This document shows, in pieces, positions 24,252 through 36,600 of a DNA stretch of 64,000 nt. The translations under genes were made by a program, and so were the position numbers. Source of the DNA: Schmidtea polychroa (Eukaryota); NCBI GenBank assembly GCA_044892525.1, contig CM097888.1, positions 71,424,001-71,488,000 of the forward strand. The letters are read 5' to 3'. The notes under the pieces are model-generated. The model was not told the DNA's origin. It saw only the letters and a program-made list of their open reading frames with translations, and searched no databases. How positions within the stretch are numbered: the stretch's first letter is position 1; every line of letters begins with the position of its first letter.

Positions 24252-25260
24252 TGCCAAATGATGAATTCGTTTTTCTCAATTTAGGTAAAATAAGGTAAGA
24301 AAACATAATTCATCTTCCTGAATACCATTACATTTATATAAAAAAACTTAGATAGTACAGAAAATACAATGGCAAAGATATAATGCAGCGATACAATAAA
24401 TTAAATATCAATTAAATGAAAAGAGAAATAATAAATTTATGTTAAAAGGAAATATTATTTACACTAATCAAAAAGATATGTATATTAGAAACAAAAGGAC
24501 GATACATGATAAAGGAAAAACATATATTATTATGCCATGCAGGAGTGGAAAAAGTAATACATTTCCATTAATATTCATTAAATCTAACACGCTATTTCCA
24601 AATCATATATTTAATATAAAATCCGAAAATTTAAACAAAATAACAGTTTAAATATCGTCACTCTCCCCTTCTTTAAGAACTGTGATACTCTTTCAACCAT
24701 TCAATTCTTCTTCATCTTTTCCCATCTGGATATTCTAGCTCAACTTGGTACTCGATTGGAAAACCAAGAATCTTTCCAGGACATTCGAACAAATTATCAT
24801 GTTTTGATCTCTTATGTGGATCCATTTTTACTAGGACTCTTTGACACACCTCAAAATGCCGATAACGCTTCTTATCTACATCCCTTGATCTCATTTTATC
24901 TGCCACTACCATAATATTACTCTGTGCTATCAATAATACTAGTTCTCGATTAAGATCTATGAATGAATTCTTTTCATGTATATTTACCTTTCTTCCAAAT
25001 AGTATTTCCATTGGTGAAAATCTCATAGAATTCTGTGTTATTGAGTTTAGTGAATATTCAATTTTTGGCATAATGTCGTCCAAACACCCTCCAGTTCAAC
25101 CATCACTAAAAAATGTCACGATCATATTACGAACCCTTCATATTACCCGTTCTGCTAGACCATTAGACTAATGATCATATGGTGAAGTAAATATCCATTC
25201 GATGTAAAAATTATCAACTAACTTTTTGATTCGACTTCCCTCGAAAACCTTATATAAATT
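24252..25260 (-). mobile_element. 3' end of a gypsy element: integrase C-terminus, PPT and putative 3' LTR (about 24252-24660)
   Basis: FTSPYDH*SNGLAERV and SPMEILFGR integrase motifs; purine tract AAAGAAGGGGAGAG directly before TGACGA on the minus strand. Confidence 0.75.
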
Positions 25261-27222
25261 TGTATATTAAAATCTATATTAAATCATTTCATATTATATT
25301 TTAAATTATTTTAAATAAAAATAATTATATTTGTGATCAATATTAATAATTACCACGCCTCATTTGTTTAAATTTTCAGAAAAAAAAGAGAATCTAAAGT
25401 TATAATTAATAAATAAATGTTAGAGGAAGACTTGGATTTAATTGCATCTAATATGCGTAAATGAATATGTTCATTGATCATTTACCTGTTTTTTCATTTT
25501 CTATGGAATTTGGTAATGATTATGAACCTTTCAAATCTCATATTTACAATTACATAATTTAGTCTAAATTTGAGTGATGTGGTGAACTTTCAGAACAGAC
25601 CAATTCAATGACAAATGATAATAGGTAACGCCACTCCCCAATCTATCAAGTACTTTGGAATTATTAAGTCAATATTAGGGTACTTGTAAACAAATACTTC
25701 AATTGCCACTTTGAGTGACTTATTGATACTCATTGTGACAATTAGTCTATATTTCATTATCATAACTTAAATCTTCATAAATCTACTGTTTGATTTAAAT
25801 TGTACTCCGTCAACCTAACCCAAGATAAACCAATCCGTCAAAATTGTCCGTTCACAAAACAGCGCCGTAATTATATGAAACATTGTTACATATTTTTCAA
25901 TAAGATTGTTTTAATGACTGCATTAGAGTTCCTTCGAATCATTGTTCGAGATCTTGATATTTACTATGAATGATTTGTTGTCTATTTAATTGTCCCAGTC
26001 TGTTTTTAGTTAAATATTCAATATTAATTTAATATAAATATGGAACTGTTTCTACAGATCGACAAACATAATAATTTTGAACTGATTTGAAATACCATTA
26101 GGAATCACATTGATTATCCATTAAAATGATTTTTAAACCCTTCTCACCCCAACACCAGTGATTTTACGCAGAAAGAAATGAGGACGATAGAGAACTATAT
26201 AAATGCACCCATAAAAATAAATTGCAAAAGAATTGAATTAAGTTTTTCCTAGAAATAGAATTCCCTGTGAGTTATACAATTCAAAAAACAGTAATGTAAA
26301 TTCCAGGAAAACTAGCGCTTAGATTCAAAATTATTAGAGAATGGTAACAAAATTTCAAAATAAATTCATAGAAATACAATTATAAAGAAATTACAAGAAA
26401 AACAAGGATTTATCAAAAGTTAAAATAAAAACTAATCGTAAAAACATAGTTTTTTTAAATCTCTCGATATCTCATTCTTTTACATTCTTTCATAATTAAA
26501 ATTTCAATATGCATGCTCAATGGTATGAAATATTTAAAATGACTCAAAAACACCTAGTTAAAAAATTACTTTGAAAAGGAATATTTTAATATTTTGAATA
26601 AAATTTTGAAAATGTTTACAAAATTAAAAATCTTTAAAAAAGTTAACTATAATATCTTCGATCGATCTGAAATTTTGAAAGAATGCATTATTCCTGACGG
26701 CAAATCTATCTGCCAAATGTCAGCTTGATCCGATCACCGGAAGTGGGTTAATTTGTCGTCACAAAACATGCGTGAGTCATACAAACATACATACAAAGTG
26801 AAGTTAATATAGAGAGTAAAGATGATATACAGAGGAAATTAGAATTAATTGGAAAGTTTTGGTTAAAACGGATATTAGATCTAAATATGAAAAATTATAT
26901 TCAAAATCGTTTAAAATTACAAACAAAAAGCAAATATAAATTTTAAGGAGTTCCAAAAGTCCTATTTAAAAATAGTAGTTTTAATGTTAAAAAAGTAATT
27001 AGTTAGGTTAAATAACTATTTGTGGTTAATTTGTATATTAAAATTTATATTAGATTATATTAAAGTATTTTAAATTATTTTTTTAATATTTTTAAATAAA
27101 AGTAATTATATTTGTGATCAATAGTTGCATCAATATTAATAATTACCACGCCTCATTTGATTAAATTTTTATAAGAAACGAGAGAATTTAAAGTTATGAT
27201 TATTAAATAAATGTTGGAAGAC
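25261..27222 (-). mobile_element. Old repeat-flanked element with decayed RT-like sequence
   Basis: Diverged direct repeats at about 25261-25430 and 27032-27222, both starting TGTATATTAAAAT and sharing TAATTACCACGCCTCATTTG; only faint RT-like remnants between them. Confidence 0.4.
26645..26815 (+). mobile_element. Possible Helentron/HINE-like non-autonomous fragment
   Basis: GATCCGATCACCGGAAGTGGGT...CATACATACAAAGTGAAGTTAATA resembles such elements as recalled; termini not verified. Confidence 0.3.
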
Positions 27223-27633
27223 TAGTATCTATATCCAAGTCTTAGAAATATTGAATAGTTTAATATTTTTGAAGGGAAGGAATGTGAAAACCACAGTAAA
27301 ATTAAATAAATGAATATACGAAAGTAATTATTGATGACGTAAGAAATATTTTTTTTATTTATTATATTGTTTTAAATAATAAAACAACGACAAAATTTGT
27401 ATTTTCATTAATTTATAAAAGCTAGCTTTGCCTTATTCTAAACAGCTGTTCCTTGAAACTATAACTACCTTTTCTCAGGCCAAATATCATTTAAAAAAAA
27501 TCATCTGAACCCATCTTCAATAAATAAAATACCGAAATATTTATTTAAATTAAAAATAAATTTAATAATAAAACAATTTTAAAAATTCGAAAAAATTCTC
27601 TTTACAAATGGAAATAAAAAGTCTGGAAAAAAA

Positions 27634-30600
27634 TCAAAAAATGTTGCTTTCGAAAATTAACTCATTTTTGACAAATCTGTCATAGTGAAAACGCTCTAAA
27701 TTGATTGTCTGAAATTTCCCATAGAGAATTAATTCCATATTTGCTCTCCCAATAGCAAGAGCGTGCTGGATACCATGGCCACTGGAACCGTTGCACAAAT
27801 ATAAATTACCGATTGCCGGATGTTTTCCGACGATTAAATTCTGATCTTTCGTGTTGTAATCGTAATAACCAGCCCAAGCTGATTTCACTTTCAAAGCTTC
27901 CATTAGAGGAACACGAAAATATAATTTCGGCCAGATTTCTTGATCAAACCATTCATAATCAACATCAAGGTTATCACAGTTCGGTTCATTGTGCTAAATT
28001 TATAAGAAAATAATATTTTGAATTGATTCTCATCAATATGTACATCTTTAATCTAAACTCCGATATTTTTATTTATCTTGTTTGACGAGACATAATACTC
28101 TGTATATAAACTTACAGTAGGAGAGAAAATTGAACCAAATACTCACGGAGGAGTCAAATAAGAGTAGAATTCCACAAATATATAGGAGCTTTATGAAATT
28201 ATTTCTCCATGAAAATTTCTTTAATAAATATTATCGGAAGACTGCCAATGTTGAATAAAAAAATATTGTCATGAATAGGTTCCGTCGCAAGTAGCGTTAT
28301 TGTTTTTCCGAGCATTGCCCGAATATATTTAGTATGAACTGAATTCTTAAGTGGTTCTTAGAAAATTACCTGCCAGCTAAAATTTAACAATTGAAACATT
28401 AAGTTTTGTAATTTACATAAATTTATTAAGCTCTTGAAGTGGAAAATTTAAAAGTCCAATACGCCACAAAATTTTGTGAGAGGCTAAAATTGGAAATGAC
28501 GCAACAGTGAGTGAAAAAAAATTTTTTTTTGGGGGGGGTCTACAGTTGTGATGTGATATTAGATAAAACACTTCGAAAATTGTTCACGAAGTTTGATTCC
28601 AGAAAAATTATCCTTAAAAGGAACCAAGACTAGACTGTTTTCAGACTTTGATGACAATTTCTTAAAAGTTTTAATTGATCAAAATCATGGCAAACTATGA
28701 GGGATTTCATAAAGAACTTAAACAAAACCCAATAAACAGACAATAGTTACCTCCAAATATTATGCTACCCTGTCTTCCTGACATAAGGGAGAATTCTTTT
28801 TGGATAAAATTGTCACAGTAGACAAAAAATAGATCACGTAAGAAAACATTGTTCGAAAACAATGAGTTGACAAGGATCACAATTTTTAATATGGATCCCA
28901 ACCTAACTAACAGTCGTCAAATTCAAAAACATTACCACAAATCAGTGAACCATTTTTAATAAAAATAAGAACTTTACTTTTAATGTGAATATATTGTTCC
29001 TAATTCAGAGGAGAAAGTCTTTGAGCCAAATGGTAATTCAAACAAAAGCTACAGGTTAATTTTAAGGTTTGCAGGTAATGAAATATAACTCAAATTCTTA
29101 ATAAATTTTTATAAAATGTTGTTTCTGAAGTTTAATAAGTTTGTATATTTAACCTTTTTACAAAATTATGATTTTTCAATTTTTGGTGCGGAACCAGTTT
29201 TTTGTATTAATTGTATGCAGTTGTCTGAAAAAGTTGTTTTAGTTTGTGCAGCATTTATTTTAAAACCAATTGACAACTTATAGTCCGGTATAGGTGTGAA
29301 TACATAATTTTATGTATAAGAATTAAAAATGTAATCAAAACTTATTAAAAACAAAAAAACAGAGAAATTTCGACTATGGAATAAATCTCTTTAACACGTC
29401 AACTGCCGCTTCAAAAATTGTTGTGGGACCACACTACTTTTTTATGCTTATATGTTAGTTTAATGTTACTGAAATAGCGCTTAATCCCACTATATATGCG
29501 AGTTGCATTTAACTCGTGTAAAAGATAAAGTATAAATCAACAACTAATTTATTCCAATACAAATTAATTAATAAAATATGCGAGGATATTTCAACATGGT
29601 TACGTCATGTTCGCGAACTATCCTTACATAATAACTATTATAAATATGTCAACATGTGATGTCAATGTCAATCACGTGTTTGACGTCGTATATTACAACT
29701 CGCATGGCACTCAACGTGCCAATTTGCTTAAGAAAATATTTTAAATGTGAATTTGAAGATTTTGAAATTTTTTATTTGAGTTATGTTTTTTATTGAATTT
29801 AGATTTAATCTTGAAAAATAAAGTTTTCCGATATTTTTATAACCATTTCACCTTTGATTGTTTTCATTTATAATTTCCTTTATCTTTATCTAAGTTATCT
29901 AAGAATACTCTTATTTCTGACTATTTTATTTGTAAGATAGGATAATAACTAAAATAACCGTTTCAGGGGATAATCCAGAGAGAAACAGTCCGCTGCTTTC
30001 TTTTCGAAAATAAACACCTGTCGAATCAACTACCATTGGAGTAATAATAGTGGGTGGAAAATCGGCAACGTGGAAATTGTATACGTACCTTTTACTACTA
30101 GTGTAAGTTTGCTATTGCTAAATTAATACTAACGCTTTAGTGACATAAAGTGGGAAATCAGATCCAGATAATCCGATTGCGCGTTCGGCTAGAATAGCTA
30201 TATCACTTGCCCAACAACCGGAAGCATTAATAACGTTTAGGAAATTAATCTCAGCGTATTTTTCATCCTTTAATTGGATCTTAATTTAATTTATTAAAGA
30301 AATCATTGCTATTAATCTCACAACTGCGCTCTTTAAATTATTTCCCAAGCCTTGAAATTCAACTAATGAACCATTTACAGATATTACACCAAGTTGACGT
30401 GCCTTCTTTCGAATCACATTAAGAAGCAACCATGGGTCAAACCAACCTTCACAATCAATTCCTAAAGTACTGTTAATGGATTTCTTTCCAAACATTTTTA
30501 ACCATAAACTCCACATTCGATATCATCTGTATTTATCCATGGCCAGTTATTTCTTATCTCTGATTTGTTAAGTAAATTAAGTGCAGCACCCAATGATCTA

Positions 30601-33600
30601 ATAGTAAAACCTTGAAACAATGACTGGAAATATCATTCAAATACCTTTGTAAGTCAAAATTTCGAAGAAGGATTTTTTCTTGCTCTTTCTGGCTTAATAA
30701 TAAATACCCCCTCTTGAAGAACTGAATATCTACATTTTCTTCTTCTAAATTTACAAATTTATGTTTTACGAAGAATTGACGATGATTTTACACGAATAAC
30801 TTCTGTGGAAATTTAGAATTTAAAACATTTAGAAATAAATATTTTATAAAACAAATGAAACGGAATGTTTCAAGTAAAGTTTATAAAAAGAATAAACTTT
30901 AATGAAATTATCAGAACTTTTTTTTCAGATTTCACCACAGATTTCTTTTCCATTAACATTGTATTTATTAAAATGTTTGACTATGAATCAGTAAATATAT
31001 CGATATTTTTGATATTCACGAATTTTCGGCACCGCCTTTTTCAAATGAATTTGTAAATATCCCAAGTCAAAGCTAAATTTATAAAACTTAAAAATAATGT
31101 AAAAGATCCATTAAATTTATTTAAATCTTAGAAGGATTAAAATTAGTGAAAATAATTTAAAGTTTGATTGTCATTCATGTTGAAAATTGAATATTACAAT
31201 ATCTCGATTGAGTATCAAAATAATGATGCATTAAAAAGACAGTATTAGTAGCAGGGCCGGCCTTCTCCATGAATGGGCCCGGGTGCAAATATATTTTTTT
31301 GGGCCCCTCAACATAAAAAATAATAGTAATACCAACCAGAATTTCATTATATATGTTGGGTTATTTGCAATACATATATACAATGAAATTAAAATCTTTA
31401 TATCACATAAGATTAATAAAATCTTCTTACTTTTAGACTTATTTAAAATAAGTTATTTTTCTATTATTTCGCAACGTATTTCCATTTCAACCTAACAAAA
31501 TTTTTGTTTTCAAATTTATAATAATATAGAAAACATCTGATTGCGATGTCAGCTGCAAACTGACACTGACACTGAAAATGTTGCAAGATAGAACCCTCTA
31601 AGCCAGTGTTTCTCAAACTATGGGTCGCGAAAGAATTTTTGGTGGGTCGCGATGACTTATGGAAAGATCTACAAATATAAATTTTGGAAGTTTAAGCCTT
31701 TTAAATTTATTTATTCTTTGTCATGTGGGTCGCAATAAAATTTTTGGCATGAAATGTCAAAAATTTGGGTCGTGATCAAAAAAGTTTGAGAACCACTGCT
31801 CTAAGCAAGCATATTTAAAATGTTGCACACACGTAAATAAAATGACGTAAATAACGAATGAAATGCGTACAATAAAAAATATCTAATGATTTTTTATACG
31901 TTATTTCTTACTAATTAAAAAAATTTAAAAAAATAAAAAAAATTTAAATAATTTTTTTTGTAAAATATAAAATATAATTTTTTTTCTTATTGGGGGCCCC
32001 TTGTAAAAGTGGAATGAAAATAATTTCCAAATTTAATTCCAGACCAGCATAAAAATTGCCCCAGATATTTTTTCAAAAATTAATAATGTTCTCTGACAAA
32101 AATTTAATAGTTTGCCCGCCCCATTTTAAAATGCAAATTGCACCAATTTTTATTCATTGAGACTAGAAATCTGGTTGTTTTGTTTAACTTTTATTTGTTT
32201 ATTATGCAGCACATATGAAACTTTTGGCTCTCGTGTTATTAGATGTGTTATGGAGATTTCCAATCGTTAGAAACACAGATAAGAATCATCGTCTCTAAGC
32301 ATGGGAAATTAGTTAAAATGTTTTTCCTTTCTTTTTATTATTGTTGTCATTTTCAGAAAAATACATTATTTAGTGAATCTTTATTTTTATTACATATTTA
32401 AATAATTAGATTATTATAAATACCTATAGTATTTATAATAATTATTTAATTGATTTGGCTACATAGCCCTCCTCCGAGATCATGGAGTGATCTATTAGAT
32501 TCTTGGAGATGGGCTGCTTTGAGTTAACCTGCACCATTTTCGGATATATGCCCGCATCCGTGGCCATACGTATTTAGATGATATTAACCTAATCGTCGCG
32601 TTTGCTCCCGGGTGACATATATTTTGGAGCCGCTTAAATTCAATGAACTGGTGGCTCTCTGGCAGGACTATTTGTTGCTGTATTCAAAAGTCTGTAGTCT
32701 CCACAGGGTCGAATCGATCCGTCTTTCTTTCTTCCGATTACCAATGGGATGCCCAGTTGCTTTTACTTTTAACTCATTAAATTCCTTTTCCACCATTTCT
32801 AAATACTTCCCGCTTAGGCGTCAAGCTGATTGTGCAATTGGTGGGCATGCTGTCTCTATCTCCAATGCGTGCTCAAGAAGAACTGAGTTCATTTTTTCAG
32901 GAGCAGTCCTTCCTCTGGCTTCTGTCGTAATTTCAACAATGTAGATCTTTGCATTTCTACAGTCAATCACAAACTTATGGCTTGCTAGAAAATCTGCTCC
33001 TAGAATCGGGCGGTTTATATCTGCCACCACGAAGCTCCATCTAAAGTTGTGCTCTATGTTTGAAATCCTGAAATTTAGCGTCTTCGAACCATACGTTTTG
33101 ATGTTGCAGTTATTGACTGAAACAACCTTAATATGCACGTCTTTAGAATCAGGAGTAAATGCATTCGTTGGGATGACGCTGACATCAGCTCCAGAATCCA
33201 CAAAAATCGGCACAGTGAATATGGCTTGGATTTTTGTCGACTGCTGAGTATTGTCGCGGATCTCTGTCGTCAACATCAATGAGATCCTTGATCTTTTCCA
33301 GCATATGATGACATAGTCCAATGACATGGCTGTTCGCATTTTCGGCATCTTTTCCAAATCTTCTGTGGATTCATTGTTGACAGCTTGTTGTATTGACTGG
33401 ATTTGTTTTTTGATTTTATAGCATTGATTTGATTTTGGAGATTTTCTATTGCCCGTTGACACTGGATTTCGGCTTGTTGTCGATTTTCCACCTGAGATAT
33501 AACATGATTTTCAATGCCCACGTGCAAGTTTGCGATGTTTGCCAGCTCATCAATATCCGCTTCCTTTGACACAAATATCAGGATCTGGCTCGTTTGTGTG

Positions 33601-36600
33601 TTTCCATTCAGTTCCATTAGTTTACGCTTGAGTTCCCTGAGCAATTGAATTGGTTTTTGGTCACCAAATTCTTGTTTCTGCAGCAATTTGTTGGCAGCCT
33701 CTGTTGTCGAGCCTTTTGATTCCATGATTATTGCATCTTTTAACGTCGAATACGGCAGTTTGATTTATGAGTCCAATAAAACCGAGTATTCTTCGAGGAT
33801 TCTTGGTGGTAGACTGGTGGGGAGATGAAAATATTTTGATTTTTCATTTTTCATTGATGCCAGCTCGAGTGCAGCGTCAACTTGTTGGAACCACGCTACT
33901 ACGTTGTCGAAGAAAATCGGTATCTTCATCTGGATGTGACTACTTTCATGAGCCACACTTCTGACACCAATGTTGTCATTTTCAGAATACATTATTTAGA
34001 AACAACACATTTTTAGAATTTGTGAATCTTTATTTTTATTACATATTTAAACATATTTATTACCTAGTATTTATAATAATTATTTAATTGATTTGGCTAC
34101 AATTATTAATCAGATCTCATATGAATATTTGTAAATATCCTAATTTATATGTTCAAAAATTAACAAGAATAAACATAGACTTCTTAAAGTGCAAAAAAAT
34201 TTAAAAGGTTATTAAATTTATAAAATTAGTAAAATTCAATTAAATATAACAACGTTGACGTTACTCTCAGTGACCAGTGAGTCGTAACTCGGATCACACA
34301 AGGTATCTCAATTAGTAGTATAAACGCCTTATTAACCATTCGTACATCAAGAAGAATGGATTAAATTTTTTCGTCACGCACCAAATTTGCTGTCAATTGA
34401 TACATTTTGTAATTGTTCTATTAAATATAATTTTTTGATAAAGGTAAATTTTAAGACATAATTTAAATTATTAATCTATGGTCATTAAAAAAATAAAACA
34501 TGAAATAAAGGACATTGTTCAGATTCCTATGCGAACCTCTATACAAATAATTAAGATAGGATTTATTAGCCTTTTTGAATCCCAAATGAAGGACTATATA
34601 AATTCGATGCAAATAAGTTTTTCCCGGACCTAAGATATTACGCTACTAGCACCACAAACTGATTGCAATGGAACTATTGGAAATTAGAACAGATCAAAAT
34701 TAAGACGAGTTTCATTTTAATCCTCTTGTTTCAACATCTATATAATGAAAACAGTTCTAAACTGTAGTTTTTTTCTATGCAGCAAAAATATGATCCATTG
34801 AAAAATGCAATGTAAGGATTTTCTAAACCAATGATTAATTCAAATCTGTAGATCTGCATTTACATTGCCACCATTACTTTTATAATTTCCTGAAGTAAAT
34901 CAGTGGATTTAGTATCTTGTATAATAGCCATAATTTCTCAAGCAATATATTTAGATTGACAACTCTATGGGTCAACATGATCCTCATAAAATCCCTTCGG
35001 AGAAGTAATAATCACCCAATGAACTTTCTATCGAGCTCGTGACAGTCGTCCTTCACGCAATCGCACTTTGCATATTCTTCCATTAACACCAATGCGTTTA
35101 ATTTCTTTGTTTTTTGTTCAGTGACATGTGATAAAAGTATGTCTAAAAAGATTACGTTGCTTTCGTAATTTTACTGGTTTAAGTAAATATTCTTGTATGT
35201 ATTTTAGACAAGCATTAAATACTTTACAAGCACTGCAGTTTTCAATGGTTGAAAAGTGAGTTTTTCAACGATGTATTCATTTACTTTCATTACAATACTT
35301 ATTTTGTTTCTGTGCTTATCAGAAAAGCAGTTGCAGCTGCAAAATCAACACTTTAAAGGGTGTAATCCATGATTGGGAGCACATTTGATTAACTGTAAAA
35401 AAAGAAGTAATTTTCTGTCAGGATAATTTAAGACACGAAACAATTTTAATTTTTAAAGATTTTTTTATTAATATTAATTTAAGTTTAAAGTCCCTTCAAC
35501 TAAACGGATTTAGCACATCGAAAAGCTTAATTAAGGCCGCGAAATTAGTGCCACCACTATATTTGAATATATTTTATGTGTATTGAAAGTATTGGTAAAA
35601 TCTAACTAAGTCATTATTAAATGGTGCTTTTTATCTGCAAAAATTTATTAAAGCGCGTATAACACAGTATAGATGTGTTGGGCTGAGTCGAAGACTTAAT
35701 TGTTAAAAAATAGGAAAATAAGAAAGCAGGACGTTAAAGGAAAATAAAAATAAAATAAACGAAATTAAGAATAAAATAGAAATAAGAAATAAGAGAAACA
35801 ATAATTAGAACATAAGAATTAAAACAAAATAAAAATAAGAAAAATTAAAATAAGACAATAGAATGACGAACAAAATACTGAAAAATGCAACAAATAATGA
35901 GAAAATTAAAGAAATAAATAAAAAAAAATATAATAAAAATAAGAAAGGAAGAAAAAATAACCAGAAAACAGGAAAAAATAAATTAAATTAAGAAAATAAG
36001 CGGTACTCAATTCTGATTGGTCCGCATACATTCAAAAATACTATATAAGCAAACATAAAAATCATAAACATACCGTTAATTTCAATATTCAATAGGTAAG
36101 CAAATTTATTAGAAAGACCGTTAATTTCAACATTCAATAGTTAACTCAAACACTTTACCAACGACAACAACTACTTACAGAAAACTACGAGGAACCGAGA
36201 CAACATTTGAGAACTATCCAGATTTACAGCGAACAGCCTAATTTTCAGGAACATTCGATTTGAATTTTTGACTCAGCTCAGCATCTAGTATATTGGTAAG
36301 CCGAACTTTTATTTAGAATTTTAGTTTACATTAAAGTAATTATGAAGGCTGAATTATAGTAAATTCTTTATTAAACAACTCTTCATTTGATTCCACATTT
36401 AGTAATTTTTAATGTTTAACAAAATTTACATGTCTGAATATCACAGAATTAATAAATGATTTTTATCTAGATTTCTATGTTTTATTATTTGCATTAAATC
36501 TTTTATGAATTTTTATTTGTTGAGTAACGTGGAGTTGAGATACTCCATGTCATGGTGTGAGGTGCCTTCGGGAGCTCAGCCGGTGGACATGGAGTATTTC

